Assembly (NCBI GenBank): GCA_025558095.1
Contig: JAIVFI010000035.1
Coordinates: 124,001-188,000 of the forward strand
Reading direction: 5' to 3'
Source of the DNA: Hyaloraphidium curvatum SAG 235-1
Lineage: Eukaryota > Fungi > Monoblepharomycota
DNA: 64,000 nucleotides
Position numbers and translations under genes: made by a program. This document shows, piece after piece, positions 56,774 through 64,000 of this stretch (the stretch's first letter is position 1; every line of letters begins with the position of its first letter). The notes under the pieces were generated by a model. It searched no databases. It worked only from the letters and a program-made list of their open reading frames with translations, and was not told the origin of the DNA.

Positions 56774-58075
56774 TACCACGACGCAACGTCCTCGACATCC
56801 TCGTCAAGCATGATGAAGATCGTCTCGCGGCCATCCTCATGCGATCTGCCCGGCCCCTCCACCGCCGGCCACACAGGCTCCGCACGGTCCGCGAACGAGG
56901 CACCTGCACCCTCGGCATCCCCGTCCACATCGACGGCTTCCTCGAGAGATTCTTCCACGCCAAACTCGTTCATCTCCCGCCCGACCACGTAGCCGAGGTA
57001 CAGGAACATGGCGAGCCCGATCCCGCCAAACAGCACCAGCACGACGACCTTTCCGGGCGTCGTCGCGCCAATGTCCGCGAGGTCCTTGACGGTGCTCCCC
57101 AGGTACACGTGCACGATCAGCTTGGGCAGCGCGATGGCCGTGGAAAAGACGTAGGAGAGCATGGGGATGGATTTCATTGTCGCGAGGATGACGTTCATGA
57201 TGGAGTAGGGGTAAGGGGCGAGGCGGATGAGGATCAGGAGGCGCAGGCCGCGCTTGTGGATCGCGCGCTCCATGAGGCCCCACTGGGGGTACGCCCGCTT
57301 GATCGACTCGCCGTAGTCGTTCCCGAGCACGATCCGCGTGAGGATCCAGCAGAGGATGGCGCCGCTCAGGGCGCCGCAGTACGAGGGGATGATGCCCCAG
57401 ATGCCAAAGATGAAGCCCGATACGTAGTTCAGCGTCCCGTACCCGATCATCGGCGGCAGAGCGGATATCATGATGACGAGGGCCATGCAGACCATGCCCA
57501 GCGCGCCCAGATCTCGGATCGTGTTCGCGGCCCTGGCCATTCGATGGGTCAGTTATGGGTTCGAGGTGCGCAAAACCGCAGACGCACCTGACAAAGAAAG
57601 GGAAAACCTCGCCCCCAAAGAGGATGAGGATGAAGACCGCGACGGTGCTTATCGCCAGCACGATCCAGAGCCACCTCAGGGGCGAGTTGATGACGTGCTT
57701 GACGTAAAACTCCTTCTGCTCCGCCAGGGTCGGGATGCGGTTCGGGAAGTTGCGCGCGATGAGCCCGTTCCAGAACTGGTAGAGCGTCTCCGGAGGCGGT
57801 GGTTCCGCGCTCCGCTTGAAAGTCCGCGGTTCGGCGAGGCGGTCCAGGATCCGCGCGGCCGCTGGGGACACGTCCGCAGATCCCGGAGCGGACGGCGCCG
57901 TGTCGGTCCCCTCCGCATCCACATCCGCGTCATTGTCCTCCAGCAGCCTGATCTTCGCGTCGGGAAGCTCGGGCGGGTGCGCCGCGGACGGAGACGCGAT
58001 CGCGCCGCCCTCCAGAACACGAAAACCGCGCGGGCCCGATCCCGTCGGCGTCCGGGGAGTCGAGGGCGGAGCCAT
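56773..58075 (-). CDS. Tvp38/TMEM64 (VTT/SNARE-associated) membrane protein (spliced)
   Basis: PPMIGYG; GFIFG; LIRLAPYPYSIMN; PKLIVHVYLG. Confidence 0.88.
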
Positions 58076-58081
58076 CGCGAT

Positions 58082-58270
58082 CTAACGCGTGCCGTCCCGC
58101 CTTTGTCCTCCGTCAGGTTCCGGATCCTTCGGAGCTTCTTCCTTCAGCACGTCTTCGACCCGAACGATCGGCTTCTGCTGGGTCTTCTCGCGGAACACGG
58201 TGTAGAGCCCCAGCGCAGCACCGATGCCAAACCAGAATGGTGAGAAGAAAGATCGCTTCGGCGTGTTCAT
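58082..58270 (-). CDS. small single-TM protein
   Basis: 62 aa with FWFGIGAALGLYTVF followed by a charged tail. Confidence 0.4.
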   Translation of the reverse strand: MNTPKRSFFSPFWFGIGAALGLYTVFREKTQQKPIVRVEDVLKEEAPKDPEPDGGQRRDGTR

Positions 58271-59216
58271 CGACCCATTAACGTCGGGGTAGCGTGCTCA
58301 GGGCAGCCGAATCGACGACGTTGGACGGTATGCGGCACAGCACATGGCCACCCTACACCCTTCGCCCCGCATTTGCGCATCAAAACCGATCATCGATTGC
58401 AGGATAGCACTACACTAAACGAGATCATAAAGCGCGATACAACGAATGATCGACCGTGTCATAAGCCTCCGCACGCCACCTGTGCCGTCACGTCCGAAGC
58501 ATCCTGCGAAGGCGCCGCATTTTCCACGCCTGCGGCATAGGGTTTCATCAGAGACGTGGAAAGAGATGGCACCAGAAGGAACTCGCCTCTGCCCACCGGC
58601 CCATGATGTTGGTGCCCGGTGTCGGTGCTCTTCGTATCCCCTCCTGTTCCGGATTCAATGATTGCCGGATCAAGACACTTATCCAATAGAGAACGGGTAT
58701 CAAGTGCACGAGAACGAGGATCTCGATCAGATAGGTCCCAACGCCTGCCCTTTCTGGCTCCAGCTTCTCGGCCTCCTCGGAACCGGGGAGACGGAGATTC
58801 GCCAGCCGCTCCGAGGAGTTGACGTGCAGCTCAAGAAGTTCGGAGCGGTTCAGTTTCAAGTTCGGCATCGTCACAGGCGGCAAAATGGGCCAAAGACCGT
58901 CGCAAAGACTGCCGTTGACGCGTCACCGCGTGACCGCGTCACAGGAGAGGGCGAGTCGGGGAGGCCAAGATCCACCAAAGCCGAAGCACCGAACAGGACG
59001 ACCAGATAAAGCAGCGATCGATAAGCAAGCTGATTTTCGCGCCGCTTCGCTGGGCCGGCGGCCGGCGGGGTGTGAGCGATAGACACCTCGAGAGCCAATG
59101 TCCGATCACCGGCTGTGGCGGCTTGGATCGCGTCGCTCGCCATCGAGCAGACGCCACCGACTCCAGCTGGAGCCGCGTTACCTTCCGGAAAAGACGACAC
59201 AAGTTACCCACGCCCG

Positions 59217-60437
59217 ATGGACGCAAACCGGGTTTCCTCCGAGTCGCACCGGATCCCTGTGCTCAGCCTGTCGCACCTCACTTCCCCCGATCCTGCCGTT
59301 CGGGAGCGCTTCATCCGCGACTACCGCGATGCGCTGCTGGATCTGGGCTTTTTCTATCTCAAGGACCATGGAGTGCCTCCCGCAGTCGTGTCGGCCACAT
59401 TTGACGCTGCCCGCCGCTTCTTCGCCCTTCCTGAAAGCGTGAAGCGGACCGTGGAGATGGTGAACGCTCCAAACTACGTCGGCTGGGCACCGCTGGCAAA
59501 CGAGACGACGAACCACGCCACCGACTTCCGAGAGCTCTTTGACATCGGCAGCGATCCGCGAGGGCCGCTTCCGGGGGAGCCCATCTGGAGTGCCATGCTT
59601 GGGCCGAACCAGTGGCCACCCGAGGAAGCCTGCCCAGGGTTCCGTTCGGCGCTTGTCGAGTACCGTGGACATTTGCGCCGCGTGGGCCTGACATTGCTAA
59701 AAGCGATGGCGGTCACCCTCGGACTCGAGGAGAACTACTTCCTGCCTTACTTCGTCCACGAGAGGATCGCGGATCGGATGAAGCTTCTACAGTACCCGAC
59801 TATCGATCAGCTTCGTCGGCCCGGTGTGGACGAGGACCCGACCGTCGATCAGCCTCGTCGGCCCGGTGTGGACGGGGACGCCGACCAGCTCGGGCAACGT
59901 GGTGTGGACGCCGACCTTAGCCAAGGCGTCGGCGCGCACAGAGATAATGGGTTCCTTACGATGATATCGCAGGACGACGTGGGCGGCTTGGAGGTGCAGC
60001 TGCACGACGGACAGTGGCTCGCCGTGCCGCCTATCCCGGGCACCATCGTCTGTAACCTCGGCGAAATGGCCCAGCGGGTCACGAACGGCCTCTGCATCGC
60101 CGGTACCCATCGCGTTCGCAACAACGACTCGGGACGGACCCGCTACTCGGTGCCTTTCTTCCTGTCGCCTCACCTCGAGGCTCGGATGTCGCCGATCCCC
60201 CGCGAGCTCCTTCTCCCGGAGCTGGCTGCGAGGATCCCCAAAAGTGTTGTCACCGATATCGATGAGCACAGCGCCAAGATTTACGGGGCCTATGCGGTGA
60301 ATTTCATGAAAGGCAGATTCCGATCGCACCCCGATGTGACGGCTCGCTGGTGGTCGCACATACGCCCCGAGGACCTCGATGCGCTGGATCGCGGTGAGGG
60401 TGTAAAGGCAACTGCCGCCCCGTCGGCTTTGCTGTAG
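59217..60437 (+). CDS. isopenicillin-N-synthase-like 2OG-Fe(II) dioxygenase, intronless
   Basis: GFFYLKDHGV; GPNQWP; GAHRD (HxD); NLGEM; THRV; RYSVPFF. Confidence 0.92.
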   Translation: MDANRVSSESHRIPVLSLSHLTSPDPAVRERFIRDYRDALLDLGFFYLKDHGVPPAVVSATFDAARRFFALPESVKRTVEMVNAPNYVGWAPLANETTNHATDFRELFDIGSDPRGPLPGEPIWSAMLGPNQWPPEEACPGFRSALVEYRGHLRRVGLTLLKAMAVTLGLEENYFLPYFVHERIADRMKLLQYPTIDQLRRPGVDEDPTVDQPRRPGVDGDADQLGQRGVDADLSQGVGAHRDNGFLTMISQDDVGGLEVQLHDGQWLAVPPIPGTIVCNLGEMAQRVTNGLCIAGTHRVRNNDSGRTRYSVPFFLSPHLEARMSPIPRELLLPELAARIPKSVVTDIDEHSAKIYGAYAVNFMKGRFRSHPDVTARWWSHIRPEDLDALDRGEGVKATAAPSALL

Positions 60438-60877
60438 TTTGTACTAGAAGCTCTCGTGATGGAGGATCATGGGGAGATGCAACAGCCCATCGGCTGTGCT
60501 GCTTTAATCCATGTAACAGTCTGATACCGCGAAGCTAGCTGTGGAGTTTCTCTGGAGCCGATCGGCGTCTCCCAGGTCCGGGTTCAGGGTTCGAGGTCGG
60601 TTCATTCGCTTCGGCCGCGGCCCGGGCGCGTGCCGAACATCGACAACATTCGGCCCTCAACACACGACATGTCCCCCGGCCGCTCCGTTATCGGTTGGTG
60701 TTTTCGGATGATGGCGCTCCACGCCTTGCGGCCGGGCGTCGCCCGGCCGTCGCGCGGCTCCCCCGATGCCGCGAGCGTTCGCTCACACGACTGTCCTGTA
60801 GCCCGCACTCGGTGACCCCCGCGCCCGCAAGAAGGAGCCGCCTCTTCATCAGAGCCGGAATCGGCCTTCTCACCGCC

Positions 60878-62805
60878 ATGGCCGCCGCCCCGCCGCCGCC
60901 GTCGGACTACACGGCGGTCTTCCACAGTCACTACGACCAGATCCGGCAGCTGCAGCGCGAGCTGCACTCGGCGCTCTCGGCGCACGCCAAGGGCCGCAGG
61001 CGCCACGCCGATGCCGAGCCGGACGCCGCGGACCCGCTCGGCGCCGTGCAGCTGTCCCGCCGCGAGCTCGAGGTCTACAACAGGCTGCTGAACGACGAGG
61101 GTGCGTGGCCGCCGCCGCCCATTGGCACCGCCTAACCCCGTTCTTCCCGCAGTGCTGCTGCTGCGCTTCCTCAAGAAGCACAAGTTCCAGCTCCCCGCGG
61201 CCCGCGCCGCTTTCCTCGCCCACGTGCGCTTCCGGCTGCAGACGCAGCTGGACACGCAGTCCCTCTCGACCTTCCTCGCCTCCTCGAAGTGCCCCGAATC
61301 CCTCTTCCGCTTTCTGCCGCAGACCGACTCGCAGGGTCGCCCCGTCGGCCTCCTCTCGCTCAAGGATGCGGCCGGTCTGTCGCAGGATGAACTGCTCCGG
61401 TTCTTTACCGTGATGCTGGAGGTTGCGCGCCGCTGGCTCAAGGATATCAACGAGTCGCGTTGGATCGCCGAGGTGGACGGGCTGATCGAGGAAGAAGAGG
61501 CCGAAGCCGGCGCCGGCGGCGATGCTTCCGTGTTGTCGGGCGCAGGCCCGGCAGAGCCTGTCATGCCCGCCGCCGACGGGGCCGATGCCACCGACGACGG
61601 AGACTGGCGCGTGCTCGCGGGCTCCAAGCCGCCGCTGCCCAGGGTCGTCGAACCGCAGGACTCTGCCGCGACCGTCGTCGTCGACGCCGTGGACGCGGAT
61701 TTCCTGGTCGCCGCGGACCGCAGGCCGCGCTCGGTCTCGGGCTCCTCGTTTTCCCCCGCCTTTGGACCATCGGTCGCCGTTGCGCGCCGCGTCCTTTCCG
61801 ACGAGGACGTGCTGCGCCGCACCGTCGTTGCCCAGATCTCTCTCGTAGTGGACCTTGATGGCGTTGGCGTGTCCAACGTCAACGCAGGCTTGCCGCAGCC
61901 GCTCATGCACCTCATGTCGGCACACTTTCCGTCGATGCTGGCGCACTGCTACGTGCTCAACTTCCGATGGGTGCACCAGGGACTCTGGACCGTTGTCAAG
62001 AACGTCCTGCCGAGCGGGGCAACGTCGCGGATCACCTTTGCCGGCAGCGTGGACGAGCTTGCCAGCTCGCTTGGGATACCAAAGGAGGCGATTGTCGACG
62101 GTGAGGTTTTTTTGGCGCCCGGGACTCGGAGCTGGAGTCTGATCACTGTCATGCCCCGCAGCTCCCGTTCCGTCTCGATGCCGCGTTTTCCGCCGGCTCA
62201 TGCGCCCCGCAATCCAGCTGCCGAGGTCGACGTGGGAAAACTACGTCGGCGACCTGTCCGGCTCCATGGACGAGGGCTACCACGAGCGTTCGGCTTCCGA
62301 CACGGACACTGCCAGCCACGGCGAGGTGGAGGAAGAGGAGGACGACATGTTCTTCGACGCGAGGTCCGAGGTCAGCGAGGCTTCCACCCATTCGCGTCTG
62401 ACGTCGTCGCGGGCGAGCCTGTCGCGCTCCGTATCGACACTTTCGGCTTCGGCAGCGTACGCTGCGGCCGCGCACGCTGCGCTTCCGTCGCATCTGGCCA
62501 ACTCGCGAGTCGTGCAGATCATTCGCCAGATTCTGAGCCTCCCTCTGCGCGCGTTCGACAGTGCGCTCGTGGCATTGGCTCGGCAGACCTTCACCTCGAT
62601 TGCTCGTCGGGCGGCCGCCGCGCTTGTGTGCTTCGTCGCCGTGCTCCTCGTCGGCACAGGCCGCAGCGAGTGGCTTCAGCGCTTCTTCCTCTCCTCCTTC
62701 GTCGGACCCGTGCTCGGACTGTCGCCATCGTCCGTGAGCGGACCGCGGCGATTCCTTCCGTGGGACGACAGCTGGGCTTCGACGCTCATGCCGGCTTCGA
62801 TCTAA
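60878..62805 (+). CDS. CRAL-TRIO (Sec14-like) domain protein (spliced)
   Basis: LLRFLKKHKF; DSQGRPV; VVDLDGVG; HFPSML..CYVLN; WTVVKNVLP...SRITF; hydrophobic C-terminal segment. Confidence 0.8.
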
Positions 62806-62827
62806 CCGACAGTATTGGGCGTGCGTC

Positions 62828-62947
62828 GCTGGCACCGCTGTGACTCTACATTGGTGCGCGAACGGACACTGACTCTAAATGCGCGCCGGAAGTCTGATCC
62901 GCGTTACCGCCGCTGTTTCCCATGTAGCTTTGCCGCGGAGCGGCCCT
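62828..62947. repeat. about 120-bp repeat, copy 2
   Basis: GCTGGCACCGCTGTGACTCTACATTGGTGCGCGAACGGAC...TAGCTTTGCCGCGGAGCGGCCC. Confidence 0.85.
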
Positions 62948-63088
62948 GTGCGAGGGGAGAATCTTTGTCAAGGCGCGGCGATTGGAAAGCGGGCTGTGAA
63001 GTGTATGCTGGGGGGGCCGTCACGTAGTTCTTTGCTATACCTGTGGGACTGTCTGGGAATGAACACGGTTGTTCTTTTGCATTTGGCA

Positions 63089-64000
63089 TCAGGCCGACAG
63101 CCTGTCCCATCCGTATATGACGATCCGGGAAACCATGAGACCCGCAAAAATGCCGACAGAGACTTCCATTACGGCCCGCAGCATGGTGCTCGGCTCGACG
63201 CCGCCACCACGCCCGAAGAGTCCGACAACGCCGCGCAGCGCGAGTGCGCCCGGTGCGATCAGAGACACGCCGATCCGAACCGTAGGATAGGGCGATGGCG
63301 TGAACCCCATGCGAGCGTAGAGATTCGCAAGGGCGCCAATCGAGAAGGTGCCGACGAACGCGGTGGCGGCTGGAGCGCGGAAACGTCAGCACGAAGAGGA
63401 ATCCTATGGCGGCCGTCAGAGCCACGAACCGTAGTCGTTGATCGCGCTGGCAGCCTCGTAGACGGCAAAGCCAACAGACGCCACAAGCGTCATCCACACC
63501 CAGTTGCGCAGGCTGAGCCCTTCGCCCTTGTTCATCACGATCTCGGCCAGGGCAGCGACGACTGCAAGCACTCCAAGGAATCCGGGCGACCCAGTCGGCT
63601 GGCACTTGTCGTCGTGCGGAAACCAGATCGATGCGAGGGAGCTGCCGAGGCTGATGCCAAAAGAGACGAGAATGACATTGATGGCCGCGGCCCCGAACCG
63701 TGCTGCGCCCGTCACGATGTCTCCGGTAGCAATCTCCGTAAAGGCAAAAACCACGTCCGTGCCGGGCAAAGTGCGAGCGATCGGGGCCAGAACGAGCGTT
63801 GGGTAGCACAGCGTGGGGATCCACCAGCTCGAAACGGCGGCGAAGAAGGAAGCGACGAATCCGGAGACGAACGGCACGAGATTGCGCAGGTCCTTGGACA
63901 TCCTCCGCTCCATGGGGAAGCCCTTGAGTCCGCTGATCGCGAGGGCCGGAGGCAGCACGAACAGGCCGGCGAGCGCTCCCTCCGAAAAAGATGATTGCGG
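63089..64000 (-). CDS. ThrE/Prm10-like multi-TM exporter, 3' part (runs off the window)
   Basis: LPGTDVVFAFTEIATGDIVTGAAR; LIAPGALALRG; multiple TM helices. Confidence 0.7.

Noticed and set aside
60560-60610. GGTTCGA-like words suggesting a tRNA
   Set aside because: No cloverleaf could be formed.

Overview
GC-rich eukaryotic nuclear DNA with short introns (about 45-115 nt) and Zn2Cys6 factors; most likely an early-diverging (chytrid/monoblepharid-like) fungus, which is an inference. Four zones. (1) About 0.2-5.7 kb: a dense, intronless, virus-like cassette with a Prim-Pol (AEP) protein lacking its catalytic residues, an NCLDV L1/F9-type myristoylated membrane protein, two related type II membrane proteins sharing a 12-bp upstream motif, a truncated 2OG-Fe(II) oxygenase and a truncated D5-like/DUF5906 helicase. 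This is probably the right end of an endogenous large-DNA-virus element. (2) About 6-24 kb: an accessory zone with a repeated module of a small CxH-x7/8-CxxC protein plus a Zn2Cys6 transcription factor, an MHR-like protein with a PP1-docking-type tail, a head-to-head kinase/pseudokinase pair, a stand-alone GIY-YIG protein and an intronless CDK-like kinase. (3) 24.5-37.1 kb: a three-level TE nest. A 5'-truncated LINE carries an antisense, near full-length LINE of the same family (ORF1 and ORF2 in frame across a single TAG). That LINE carries an internally deleted Copia element with identical TG...GA LTRs and a primer site matching a tRNA-Lys(CUU) 5' half. (4) 38-64 kb: compact housekeeping genes, with two blocks bracketed by inverted repeats. 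All family calls come from motif recognition by eye; no database searches were run, and the ends of spliced genes are approximate.
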